A stretch of 64,000 nucleotides of DNA. Source: Octopus sinensis (Eukaryota). Each line of letters begins with the position of its first letter. The first letter of the stretch is position 1. Shown here one piece after another: positions 13,745-26,946 of this stretch. The position numbers were made by a program, and so were the translations under genes. Location of the stretch: contig NC_043006.1 in NCBI RefSeq assembly GCF_006345805.1, forward strand, positions 100,750,001 through 100,814,000, read 5' to 3'. The notes below the pieces were generated by a model. The model made no database searches, was not told the origin of the DNA, and saw only the letters and a list, made by a program, of their open reading frames with translations.

Positions 13745-14130
13745 CGTGAGAGCGTCTCATAGACAGTCGGGTAATATTTCTTCCGATGTTTTTCCCGTTC
13801 AGTGTGGGAGGTACCTCATGTGGCATGCCACATGTTGTGACACCTTAGCCAGCGGCAAGTCGGTATGTTCAGCTACCAACTCAGGTTCCGCTGCTCGTCA
13901 GGCCGAGAAGGGCAAATTGTCAATGTATTGGCCGCTCTCTGACATCTTTATGGTGGCAGTGGTGACCGCCGTTCTCGACCCCAGGACTATCTCTCTACTC
14001 ACCGCATCGGGGCGTAGATAGCTATCCGCAAGTGCGAGACCCATGGGTCAGAGTGGCTGTTCCAGTGTATCTCCTCTGCCATTCTCCAGAGCAACGTCTT
14101 TTCCATTTTGTCAGTGGGGACCATGAGGCG
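13745..14130 (+). mobile_element. CRE-clade-like non-LTR retrotransposon, RLE domain relic
   Basis: CGRYLMWHATCCDTLA...GSAARQAEKGK...WLFQCISSAILQSN resembles the CRE C-terminal pattern WDxTxxDT...AA..AE..K...QR.S.A..RGN. Confidence 0.7.
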
Positions 14131-15292
14131 TCCTGACAATTCTTTTTTAGTTATTTTTCTGCTGTGAAGAAGAGGAACGTTATGATGATTTAGGTGGAGT
14201 CTTTCGCATCGCTTGTTTTATTTATTACACGTTCTTCAGAACGATAAGAAATATTACATTGTTAAATGACATACATAAAAAATAAACATACACCCTTTCC
14301 CTCTCTCTCCCCATCTCTTCCTTTCTCTCTGACTTTCTTCGAACTCTTGGCACTGTAGGTTAAAACCACGCACAAGTCTAGTTTGCCTGTCACGAGTTCA
14401 CAGTCAATAAATGATCGACTCAGAGCGGTAGATTTGCAGAAGTGTAAGAAGTTCGTTCTGGATGTCTGGCGATACTCGTTGAGTCTCTTGGTATTCTGAT
14501 TTCAAATCTTGCCATATCCTACTTGGATTGTAGGATTCATTTGTTACCCAGTTCGATACCTCTATTTGCACCTGGGTTGCACTCAATGAAGTCCCTTCTT
14601 TCTGTGAAAAACTCTTGTGCCAAGTCTCCGGTTTGAGGACACCATCCTTCTTTCCATCCACCAGACTCAGACACTCTGTTAAGGGCTATCAGCACTACCT
14701 TCTATTTTGACTGAAATCAGAGTGCAGAGAGTCCGAATGATTACTGTGAAGTAATATGTCCAACGTTCGAATTGGCTGCCGAGAGGTAACAAATGTTTCT
14801 TGGTTTGTAGCAGGATCTATGAACACCTAGAGACTCATTCATTTAAATTTAAACGCCTAGAGAGAACTGTAACAACCAACAGAACCGCCAGGTGTGTTAT
14901 GAAAGATAAATCCGAGCTATCGTTCAAGATGCCAATGGTCTAAGTACATAAGCAGCTTTATGGTAATATAGTGAACGGATCTACGTCAGTCTCGGCGATG
15001 AGTTTTCGATTCTTCAACTTGACGACCTGTGCATTGATTTAGCGTGTTAGTGTCGGAATATTCCACAGACAATGTATATCTTTATAATCCACTAGCCGAA
15101 GCAACGGGCGACAACATTGGACCTTTAGATTACAGGGACAATTGTGATTAAGAAGACATGAACAAAACCATTCTAGATGTGAGTATTCCTCCGATTTCTT
15201 TATACGTGTATGTATAGGTTATAAACTTAAGAAAACTTATTATTGAACCTGAGAATATATAATTTAATATTATCCACACACACATGCACACA

Positions 15293-15386
<94 letters not shown>

Positions 15387-15389
<3 letters not shown>

Positions 15390-15697
15390 GAGGCGCAATG
15401 GCCCAGCGGTTAGGGCAACGGACTCGCGGTCGTAGGATCGCGGTTTCGATTCCCAGATCGGGCGTTGTAAGTGTTTATTGAGCGAAAACACCTAAAGCTC
15501 CACGAGGCTCCGGCAGGGGATGGTGGCGATCCCTGCTGTCCTCTTCCGCCGCAAATACCTCTCACTCTTTCTTCTGTTGGCCTGCTCGCTTAACCAGAAG
15601 GGTGGCGTCATTTGAAGGCTAAAACAATGCGAAGCGCATTGTGACCAGCGATGTGTTACAACATCTGATAGCCTGGTCGGTCACGGTGATAACGGTG

Positions 15698-15699
<2 letters not shown>
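15387..15699 (+). mobile_element. SINE family A head with an alternative 3' tail
   Basis: First ~180 nt match 340-520; remainder unrelated; inserted in (TA)n. Confidence 0.8.
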
Positions 15700-15735
<36 letters not shown>

Positions 15736-15739
15736 CTAA

Positions 15740-16975
15740 TCAGTAAACAGAAATTTAAATGTGGACCCTTATGACAAACAAGGGGTTGTGCTAACTATGA
15801 AACCCAGTTCCTATTAGAAACAAAGACGTGTCCCCATCAAACTGGTTATTACAAACGATTACCAGGTTACTCTAAGCAAAACCATAAAATACGGAAAAGT
15901 AAGCAAGCAATTTTCAAAGAAAACTTAACGTCAAATATCACAAGATCTAAAATGCAACAAACTCCTATATGATATTAGACAAAGCAAAGCAAAAACATTT
16001 ATCTAATCTTTATATATAAAAGTCAAGTTGTGTGTCTGTATCCTACGATTTAGATTCCTAACTTCTCCCACATTTTGTGGTGCAGTTTAACCAAAAGCTG
16101 GTATCTTAGAGTCGTGATTCATATCGAACCCTTCTGGGTATTAGCGCGCGTCTACGATGGGTCTACGATTTAAAAAAAAAATTACCATAATTTTTTTCTA
16201 TATTAATGCATTTTTCGCTATTATATAAGGGAAGTATCTCTCTAAAAATGTCTACGATGAGTCAACGATTTAAAAAAAAAATTACCATCATTTTATTTCC
16301 ATTTTTAATGCATTTTTTGCTATTTTTTGGCTATAACTCTCTAAAAATGCTTATATAGTTATTTCCCTTACAAACCCGAGCAACGCCGGGCGATACTGCT
16401 AGTATTTAATATATATATACTTATCTGAGGTATGATTCCAAAAAGAGAGCAAACATATACGGAAGAAAATAATAAATATACTACATATATTATGCAATAG
16501 AACACAATGAAAGCTGCTATTTTAATGAAAGACATAACTGAGCTTTCACACCAAACCTATTTCACTCTCAAGGACCACTAAGGAAATTTCGAAAATAAAA
16601 CTTCTATGCAATTACTCGATCGAATCAAGACTGATTCTAGTAAATTCCTATTATACAAAACTATTCAAAATTTAAAGGAGAGAACGCCACTACTATTTTA
16701 GCACACCCATCACTTGGTTTCAATTTGGCTAAAACAAAAGGAATAACATTACTACAATTGGCTATTAAAGAAAATTACCCGTCTATAACAAAAGCACTAT
16801 TAATTTACGCTTCAATATATTAAAATCATTAACTAACAGATCGGACCAAGACGTGGAAATTATATTACATGTGAAGAAGAAATTATGAGCTATAATCAAT
16901 ATTTATGGACCAAAAATCTATCAAAGACAGCTTTTGATGTGTGCAGACGTTAGTGATCTAATATGTTTATACATG
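15740..16975 (+). mobile_element. Penelope-like element RT relic (Naiad-like), split by a Helitron
   Basis: TLKDH*GNFENK, QLAIKENYPSITKALL and FDV...ADVSDLICLY resemble TLKDHK, FDI..FYPSI and FDV...AEV.ELVGLY motifs. Confidence 0.6.
16002..16402 (+). mobile_element. Non-autonomous Helitron
   Basis: A|TC 5' end, 3' hairpin CCCG-AGCAACGC-CGGG (16375-16390), CTAG|T end, no TSD; internal ~100-bp tandem duplication. Confidence 0.75.
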
Positions 16976-18269
16976 TGTGTGGGGTGTAGGGGTGTGGTGT
17001 GTGTGTGTGCCCGCGTGTCTGTCTTTCTGTGTGTAGGTTTGTGTATTGTAGATACATATATATATATATATATATGTATATGTATATACCAGCATCATGG
17101 TCATCATCAATACATCAGATGTATTATATGAGCGAAGTTTTATACTGAGTGGGTGGTCTCACTTGCCAAAAACAGGTCAGACAAAGAAAAGACTTCACTT
17201 TTTCAAAAGCTGTGGTCTTTCAGTCACTATATGTGCTAATCTTATAAACGTGAATTTTCATGATCTTGCATTAAGCCTTAACAGTTATCTCTCTATATGT
17301 TACTTAATCGGAAAAATCGAATGGAAAACGAAATTACGTAAACAAATCACTTAAGCATTTCATAATTATTGTCAAATTTAACGTAAATTATTTCAATACT
17401 TTCTCTAACCTCAGCAAAAATGAATTATTTAAATATAACATGGTGTAACCTTTCATATAACTTAAGAATAATAACACCAGTCGTCTAAAAAAATTTTATG
17501 CTACAAAATTTTTCCGCTAAAATTTTTTTTTATAAAAAGCAATTATTTTAAATTATTTTCTGCAATACCGAATTTTATGTAGATATCATTATCTGCAAAT
17601 ACTACTAGCTACAAAACTGGAAAAATAAGCTTGCGATGCAGCCTACCAAGTTTAAATGACTAAGCGGAAATAATTAACCCGTAGTTAACAAATTCCTTAA
17701 TGAAAGACATAGTACACCAATCATATATACATGTATGTTTTGCAAACAACTTGCAAGTGCTACCAGTCAAATTCTCAGCATGCCAGAATCTAGGAAGTGT
17801 ATGGGGTCATCTGTAGAGAATGCGCGCCGTTTCGGGCTCTACCTCTCGATGGCATCAATGTGCACTGGCCCTTCTCAATGATATGAGGCCCCGCTTGCTA
17901 GATCAACTGGTGATCTAATAAAGCTCAATATTTTTCTAGCCATCACTCATCGTCTCTTTTTAACCAAGTCCAGCTAGACTTTCCCACTGTAGTTTGGATA
18001 TCGTTCATAGTGGTATTTACTTTACGACGAGTTAGGTCTAACAATGTCAGCAGTCACCCCACACTCTGCCCAAAGAATCCTCTACATCCGACTTCGATAT
18101 GAAAATACTCCGCTTTCCCGCCCGCGTCTTCACATTCCTCGAGGAGGGTACACAACGGTCATTATTACGGGCCTGAGCGGCGTTCATGTTACCTTTAACT
18201 CGACTAGATTAACTACATTCTTTCTTTCACACCACATTATAATATCCGTTTTTTTTCGTAACTGGGATG

Positions 18270-19020
18270 GAAAATAATCCTTGGCACCCTGATAAATCTG
18301 CAGCCACCTCCCAGTAGCTATTTCACCTTTCATCGCTCACGGGAAGTATCTTATTCTTGAAACGGATCTGCTTTCCTGAGCACACGAAAGCAATGAAACC
18401 TCTAGTTGGTTCTTTCAGTGGTATTTTCCACCGTTGATGAGAGCAATTTCGTTCTTTATAGCATTGAAGACAACCTTAAGGACCAGGTTGTGTCTCCATG
18501 TATATCTATTCAGTGCCAGTGAATAGTTGGAAAGAAATGTTTCAGTGATCCGACCTTTCCGCATTTGCATATATCATTCTCTGAGACGTTCCATCTTAGT
18601 AGATTTGTAGGCGATGGCAAGTCATCATATGAACCAATCAGAAAACTTAGCCGATGTGAATATCACTTCCATATCTTATTCCAACTAATTTTCTCTCAAC
18701 ATGTTCCTCCTATCTCGTCATGTCCTTATTGAGTGCATTGGATCAAATGAAGGTCTCTTCTCTCTGTTTCCCTTGTTTTGGCGCTGTTACCAACTGCAGT
18801 TCTGAGTTCGCTCCACCTCATATTGCTGAACTGAGCTGCGCCAAAACCAAGTCCCTTCCGATGAATTTGCGTTGCACCCACCATATTTCGGTATGTAAGA
18901 GAAGACATAATGCGATCAGTCTCTGGTTCTGCTTTCCACTGTCTGACCATTTTTACATCTGGAGGATTACACCTGATTTCTATGTCCTTCGACACTCTCA
19001 GCATCATCATCGTTCGTACC
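18270..19020 (-). mobile_element. Hero-like (RLE-type) non-LTR retrotransposon relic
   Basis: RKGLGFG, YDDLPSPTNLLRW, CKCGKVGSLKH, RYTWRHNLVL on the minus strand. Confidence 0.7.
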
Positions 19021-19025
19021 TTCCC

Positions 19026-19042
19026 TAGATAGATAGACAGAC

Positions 19043-19133
<91 letters not shown>
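19026..19133. repeat. (GATA)n microsatellite
   Basis: Seen directly. Confidence 0.95.
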
Positions 19134-19134
19134 T

Positions 19135-19992
19135 AGGGATTTAGCTCTCGTCTAAATTACGCAAAAAATGAAAATAACTCGGACATCTCGTTTTAACAGA
19201 TGTATATACCAAAATTATACACAAATATCCTGAAACAGGGATGAGTAAATTTATTCAATAAAATCGCGCTATCGTCTTCAACCACGGCCTCCAGACGACT
19301 TCGGAACCTCCTGCAGCTCTTTTGGACGATCTCTTTGGTCAATGTTGCCATAATTGTTGTCACCTTTAGTTCATTTTTGTGTTACAAGGGGTTTTGTTGG
19401 TCTCTCGCTCAACTTCGCTTCACACATAATAATCAAGGGGGTTGCAGTCTGGGGAGTTAAGTGGCCAGATGTTAAGCGTGATGTGTCGCACAAATTGTCT
19501 GACACCGATGACTGTGTTCACCTGTTGTGTGGCATGGTACACGTCCTGTTACCAGACAGGGCCTTGCAGCAGCCATCCTCTTGACCCAGGACAGTACTAC
19601 CTCCTCCAGGCACTTGATATAGGGCTCCGTGTTTAGTTTGAGGCTGTGTGGGGAGATGAATGGAGGTATAACGTCGACATCACTAGTGATCACTCCAAAA
19701 ACCATGATGTAGATTGGAAGTTCGATTTTTACCACTCTCAGTACATGTCCTTATATTGTACTGTCCGCAGACTGACACCCAAACACTTTGAAATGTTCGT
19801 ATTATAGCTTCCGTTGCGAATGCCAAACAGTACAGCATGTCGTTTCCAAACTTCTGGCAGAGTGAATTGCGTCATGGTGCTGTTGTCCAACTGACCCTAC
19901 TATACTATGTTGTCGACAAAATCAAAATCAAACAATGCGCATGCGTGAAATTAAAAATATAACATGGAGGCAATTTACCCAGCGCACCTTGT
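19135..19992 (-). mobile_element. Tc1/mariner (maT/DD37D-like) transposon relic
   Basis: MVFGVITSD..PPFI..LKLNTE.YIKCLEEVVL.WV, IWPLNSPDCNPLDYY, RSRLEAVVE; TIR-like TACAAGGTGCGCTGGGTAAATTG at the right end. Confidence 0.8.
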
Positions 19993-20408
19993 ATCTATAT
20001 CCTTGCTTTTGAAAAGATCTGCAAAAAGGTACTCGATCTAGAGAAAAATAAATATTATTTAATGGATACATGAGTTGTACGTGAGCTATTTCAAGTTTCA
20101 TGCTAGTGTAGAGTAATAAGATGGGATTGTATGCAGCTTCAAATAACATGGAGACTCAGTGAAATAATACAAGTAAAAAACGCAAGTAGAAAATCTTAGG
20201 AAATGTTTGAAGGTAAAGGGGAATAACTTATTCATTTAACATTTACTGCCAAAAAATTTTTTTCCACTATTACTTTTTATCTTTTATTAACATTATTTCG
20301 ACGCTCACTTACTTCGTTTCAATGTTCCTATTTTGAAAGTGCATACACGTAATATCAAGTGGAGGTAATACAGTTCCGGATTCAAGTTTCAGCAGCGTGA
20401 ATGCTTAC

Positions 20409-20511
20409 CATAAAACTGTGCTACTATAAGCGGATATTTGACATATCCCCGTCTTGATGTTAGGTATTGACCGGAAATGTAGCACGTGCCTTTGTCGAAA
20501 CTCTGGAGCAT
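20409..20511 (-). CDS. Candidate first coding exon MLQSFDKGTCYISGQYLTSRRGYVKYPLIVAQFY (weak MARVEL-like start)
   Basis: Unique-looking sequence, ATG-initiated open frame, donor ATG|GTAAGC; homology not verified. Confidence 0.25.
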
Positions 20512-21019
20512 ATTCTTTGTGCTTCATATAAACCACCGTAACTATCATTTGCAATTTATTTTTATATTCTGATTTATATTTATATTTTCTATATGTTCAC
20601 ACATATTGATTTCTCTGGCTACGAGAAACTTTACTCACGTCTATTTATTTAAGTAGATAAGTTATGACATTAACGGATGACACTCGTAGGTAGAATCAGT
20701 AATGCTCAAACTTATACACATGTATATGTATGTATGTGCAAGTAGGAACATTAGCAAAAGCTATGGGTCCGTCTATATTGCATATATTGAAGCACACACA
20801 CAATTTGACAATATATTTAAAATTATACTTCAGTTAATTGTGTATATTTTACAAGCAGAGATAGAATATGTTCGGGTTTGTCTGTTTATTTATTCAAATT
20901 TGTTATTGGTGATGTCCTCTTCTTATTATTAATGTCATCCTTGTGATTATGACAAACAAGCGCTTTAACATTATGTATAACATTAAAAAAAAGTTAATTA
21001 TTTCCAACATCACCATCAA

Positions 21020-21312
21020 AATACAGGACCAGATGAGTTTCAGTGGATCACAGCTCTTCAATATCCTTCCTAAATGCCTGAGAGACCTGCATGGTGTGGA
21101 TGTGGGTTTAAAAATAGACTGGATCTCTTCTTGTCAGGGGTTACAGATGAACCTAACTCTCGGCAGGAAACACAAATGCGGGCAGCGGCGTCGAACTCAC
21201 TTCTTAACCAAGTGCAACGTATCAGAGGTGGTTTCACATACTAGTGTAGCACATTCAACGGTGGTGCCCCAGCATGGCCGCAGCTTTAGGGCTGAAACAT
21301 TTTTAAGGATTT
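21020..21312 (+). mobile_element. CR1-group LINE 3' end with 3' UTR
   Basis: GSQLFNILPKCLRDL...FKNRLDLFLSGVTDEP...RAAASNSL (one frameshift); UTR GGTGGTGCCCCAGCATGGCCGCAG. Confidence 0.7.
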
Positions 21313-21807
21313 AAATATAAAAAATGACAACAAAAACTAAAACAAATTATAATGCAGATCGAACCTCTACCGACACTTTTGACATTTTCTATCGCCCGCT
21401 TCGAGAAGCACTACGCTAAAACCAATGAGGAATTCACCAGATATTCGTATACTGGCTTACGAACCTTTCCGAAATTTTCACTTAGACTTTTCCTCAGTAA
21501 CATTTGATCTTTTTAAACGCTTCAACGCTGATACGCTTCCATGATAATAAACGGATATCGGAGGCTGTTGATTTCAGTGGATGGACAAATCAAAATTTTA
21601 TTCATGACTTAAACAAAAGAATTTGATCCTCTACCTCAATAAAAGCTTCTAAGCATCGGTATTGTGCGGTATGTAAAGCTTCCATACAACAGACAGACAG
21701 AAAATGGCCATGGAATAACCTGCACACTTTAGACACATAAACAGAATGGCTGAAACCGACAAAAGAGGAAATACTGTCTCGTCCAGTATTTTAATTTATC
21801 CAGGTAC

Positions 21808-21936
21808 TTGTGTGTATGTGTGTGAGTGTATGTGTGTGTGTATGTGTGAGCTACTACGTGCATGTTTTGCTATGTCTGCGTTTTGTGAGTATACTGATTA
21901 ATTGGAAATGAAATAGCTATCTATGTACCTATCTAT

Positions 21937-22000
<64 letters not shown>

Positions 22001-22208
22001 GTATCTATCTATCTATCTATATATATATATATATATATATAGTGAGAGAGAGAGAGAGAGAGAGAGAGATATATATATATACATTTATATATACAAGCAT
22101 ATATATATATACATATATACTTAGACATATATATATATATATATATACATATATATACTTACATATATATACATATATATAGATATATATACTTATAGAT
22201 AGACAGAT

Positions 22209-22306
<98 letters not shown>

Positions 22307-22420
22307 GTATATCTATATGCTATGTATATGAATAACTGAAACAGTATGCTTTCGATACGTGTATGTGCACGTACGAGTGTGTGAGAAAAAATATATATGT
22401 ATGCATATGTATATGAATAA

Positions 22421-22501
<81 letters not shown>

Positions 22502-22989
22502 TGTATGTATGTATACTGAGAAAGAGAGGCACCAGACAGAAAAAGTATGTATACATATTTTACGAACATAAATATAAACTTTTTCCTTTTGCATATATTT
22601 GTATGTATATCTGCAGCTATCTGTTCCCCTATGCCTGTATGTATGCGCGTGAGTTTAATTTTTATGTGAATCCACATGAAGAACATCATATCTGTCTACT
22701 TTAGTGTGTATATTCGCTATCAAGATACAAGTGCTCAGGAAAGTAGCATTTATATATATATATATATCTGTATATGTATTGTTTAGCATTACGTTAATCT
22801 TGTACGCTACTACCTAAAAATGTTTTGAATATGTGCATGCATAAACACATACATACACGTATATACAAATACATGTATATACACATACATATATATATAC
22901 TTATATACGTATATATAATATATATGTATACATACATACATATATATATCCATATATATATATACGTATACATATATACATATATATAT

Positions 22990-23020
<31 letters not shown>

Positions 23021-23065
23021 GATATATATACTTATATACGTATATATATATATATATATAAATAT

Positions 23066-23098
<33 letters not shown>

Positions 23099-23123
23099 TA
23101 TAATATATATATATATATATATA
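21808..23123. repeat. Compound low-complexity block (TG, TATC, TA, GA, GATA)
   Basis: Seen directly. Confidence 0.9.
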
Positions 23124-23473
23124 TTCTGATTTTTTTTAGTATTCAAGTGGTGAAATACTAATGGATTGCTATGACTTCATGCTACTATCTGTTTTTTTTT
23201 TTTATCTTTTCGCTTTTCTTTTCAAATTCGCAGACACCATACGACTACTTATAATGTATTCACACTAAATGGACTGCTCTATATGGCCACTAAGAATGTT
23301 TGTAAATTTTACCACTTAGAAATACATCATAATAATTTGAAAAGAGTTATTCTATTCTCGAGTTTAAGAGCTCTAGAAACTCATAGAAAATACATATATA
23401 TATATATTCATACACATGCACACCTATATATATATATATATTATATACATACATATATATACTTATATACGTA

Positions 23474-23523
<50 letters not shown>

Positions 23524-23584
23524 CATACATATATATATATATATATATATGTTATATATATATATATATGTTATATATATATAT

Positions 23585-23625
<41 letters not shown>

Positions 23626-23629
23626 TAAT

Positions 23630-23660
<31 letters not shown>

Positions 23661-23985
23661 TCTGATTTTTTTTAGTATTCAAGTGGTGAAATACTAATGG
23701 ATTGCTATGACTTCATGCTACTATTCTGTTTTTTTATCTTTTCGCTTTTCTTTTCAAATTCGCAGACACCATACGACTACTTATAATGTATTCACACTAA
23801 ATGGACTGCTCTATATTGGCCACTAAGAATGTTTGTAAATTTTACCACTTAGAAATACATCATAATAATTTGAAAAGAGTTATTCTATTCTCGAGTTTAA
23901 GAGCTCTAGAAACTCATAGAAAATACATATATATATATATTCATACACATGCACACCTATATATATATATATATTATATACATAC
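23124..23985. repeat. Near-identical tandem duplication bounded by (TA)n, period ~537 bp
   Basis: 23124-23450 recurs at 23660-23985 with only short indels. Confidence 0.9.
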
Positions 23986-24391
23986 ATCAATAAATATATA
24001 CATATATTCATTCATACGTATATATCATGAGCCGATCGCGTGTCGGTTTCCAATTGCTAGACGGCGGTAACTGCATTCTTTTATTAAATATATATACCGA
24101 AGATATATTATGGCGGTTAATCAGCATATATTGAGTATTTCTGTCAGAATAGAACCCGTAAACAAAGCGCAGCCACTCCGATAGCTGGAATCGCGAGTCA
24201 ACCTTACTAGTTTCATCAAATTCATGAACGATCCCTGATGATTCTGAAATTAATTGTGATTGATTCTCGATTCTAGCTCCTAAGGAATAAAGTGTTTATT
24301 CAAGAGCTTGATTATGACAGCGACACTGCATATATGCTTATAAAATGACACTATTTTAGTACTCTGTTAGCACGGTTGAGCCTATTAATTA

Positions 24392-25964
24392 CACTGGTCA
24401 ACACATATTTTCTGGCACAAGGTTAATCAATGAGTTTTCGCTAATTTTGGGGTGCTGAAATAAAACATGGCACTAGATTTGATTTTGTCTATCATATCAG
24501 ATTTTGAGATATAAAATCTTTTAATTTGCTAGAAACAGCTATTTAACGCTCATAAAGGAAGAATTAAACATACGTAGGTGCAACTTTTAATAGACAATGT
24601 CTTCTGCTTAATCTAATAAATCAAAACACAAATCTGTGGGAATAAATGAACATTAGCATGCAAGAATTAAGCTTGGTGGACAAAATCTCTATTCATTGTG
24701 GTCATTCATCTGATCATCTTATTACTGCAATAACTTGCTCTTTGTTTGACGATCTCTTGTGCACAGCGTCTGAAATATCGCCCATCAAGCTCCAGCAGTA
24801 GTCTGCTACCTTGTTTGAATCTCATCAGCCTTTGTAGCATTCTTCCATTACATCTTGATGAAAGTGTTCACCTTGTTCTTTGCTAACATCACTCAGGTTC
24901 TCTGCAAACCTACCCAAGTGACTGTGTAAGTAGTGCAATTTAATAGTCATTCTACCTCAAAGTGCTTGCAAACTCAAGATCAACTCCTCCGCATTATTTT
25001 GATAATTGTCAGCTTTCCTGTTCCCAGGGAAATTCCGCACCACATCAGAGAGTTTCTGCTGCACTCATCGTTCTAACAAAATGTGGACCTTGAAGAGTGT
25101 TTTTATTTGAGATCCCTCAAGTATTCCTGCCTTCTTCTTGTCACTGAGACTTGGAAAGGTTGTACATACATATCTAGGGCAGTCTCCATTGTGATCAAGA
25201 GCCTTGAAGAATTGCTTCATCACACCACCTTTCAACATAGGCTTTGTAAAGTTTGTGGGGAGCCCAGGTTTTGTCCTGGTCTCCAAGTGTTACTTTAAAG
25301 TAAGCAAGATACAACTTCTTGACAAAGTTATTAATGTTGCATTTTTGATCTTGTGGAGTGAAGTTTCCACAGACTTAACAGAAGATATCAGGATCATTAC
25401 AACACGTCCTTCTTTTTGATGTTGTATCCATATATTTATTTACTACCCACAAGGGGCTAAACATAGAGGGGACAAACAAGGACAGACAAAAGGATTAAGT
25501 CGATTACATCGACCCAGTGCGCTACTGGTACTTTATTTATCGACCCCGAGAGAATGAAAGGCAAAGTCGACCTCGGCGGAATTTGAACTCAGAACGTAAC
25601 GACAGACGAAATACCGCTAAGCATTTCTCCCGGCGCGCTAACGTTTCTGCCAGCTATCCATAACTAGATCACAGTGGTTCAGTTCACACCTGAAAGGAAG
25701 AGGAAGGACTTTAAAACAAAAATCAGCTCTGAACATATTCTTCAAAATGAGCATGACAATCCAGCCAAAATTCCCGCATATAGAGTTGTAAAGTTAACTT
25801 TCGGTGTGCTCCTTTCGCTAAATAAAGGTATATACCGATGGCACAAAAATGTTATGTGATAGAGCAAATCTAAGGTCTGTTTTGGAATCAGCTCCCAAAA
25901 ATTAGTTTAAAACAGCTGTAAAATTTTATGCCAGAAAATAAAAGTTTTATTTTGTTGACCAGTG
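24392..25964 (-). mobile_element. Chapaev3-type (CMC superfamily) DNA transposon, internally decayed
   Basis: TIR CACTGGTCAACA...TGTTGACCAGTG, TTA TSD on both sides; transposase motifs MKQFFKAL, KAGILEGSQI, LHYLHSHL, EQGEHFHQD, ADYCWSL. Confidence 0.8.
25433..25654 (-). mobile_element. SINE family B with Tx1-like tail, nested in Chapaev3
   Basis: Complete monomer; direct repeat TATCCATA on both sides. Confidence 0.85.
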
Positions 25965-26368
25965 TTAGTGGTTACTGACTTACGCACAAGGCTAGCAGTT
26001 TTGAAGGGAATCAAAGTAATCGAAACCGTCGATAGGTACTTTATATTATCGACTCTGAAAGGATGAGATGAAAAGTAAAGTTGACTTCGATGGGATATGA
26101 ACTTTCATCATAGAAAGCCGGAATAAATAACACTAAGTAATTTTCTGTAGCGCTCACGAGTCAACAATACTATTGTGTGGATGGGAAACTGAAGATGAGA
26201 AGGAGGAGGGGAAGGAGATTATCCTGTTCAGGATCAGAATGTCATGGAAGATTATGGCTTTTTATAACTATGTTTCTTTCAAAGTTATCATCCACTGACT
26301 TGTAAAGGAAATATATAAATATATAATGATTTAAAGCATCTCTCAATCACAAAGTAAATGTTGAATCC

Positions 26369-26370
<2 letters not shown>

Positions 26371-26449
<79 letters not shown>

Positions 26450-26450
26450 C
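26371..26450. repeat. (CT)n microsatellite
   Basis: Seen directly. Confidence 0.95.
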
Positions 26451-26946
26451 GTTTATTTCAGAGGCCTGCTTGCAAACTTCTAAAAAGGCTGCATTGCTTA
26501 TAACATGTGTTCATAAATTACAACACACGTTAAAGATTAGACAAAAGTCGAATCTACCCAAGATGGTTACAACTTAGCAACTGATTGTGATATGTCACTT
26601 ATTTGCAGAAAGGAATTTCATGGAGAAAATGGACAGCCCCTTGTTAACATGGGCGCAAGATTACAGATTCTAGGGAGAGGATAGACGATTAAGCTTCCAG
26701 AATTTTACAGGTACTACGTTAAAAACATTGAAAGAATAAAAGACTTTATGAAAATCGGTGAGACTTGCAGGCATCAATGCCACGCCCATATCTAATTACC
26801 ATACGCACTTAAATCCGTCTAATTACCCATCTTGACACTCAACCCCCACAATAGTCAATAGTCTGTTCTTGTTACTGACACATACGTAACCATAGAGCAT
26901 TTTGTATATTGTTATAACATATCTGAAATAAATCTCTAACTAACAT

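Noticed and set aside
14404-14661. 85-aa minus-strand ORF
   Set aside because: No motif or convincing splice sites recognised
22159-23682. Long YI/IY-, LSIY-, HT- and poly-I/Y/L-rich ORFs here and elsewhere
   Set aside because: Translations of TA, GATA, CA and AAT microsatellites
24235-24255. CTGATGA-TTCT-GAAA hammerhead-like core
   Set aside because: No room for stem II and no stem I or III pairing
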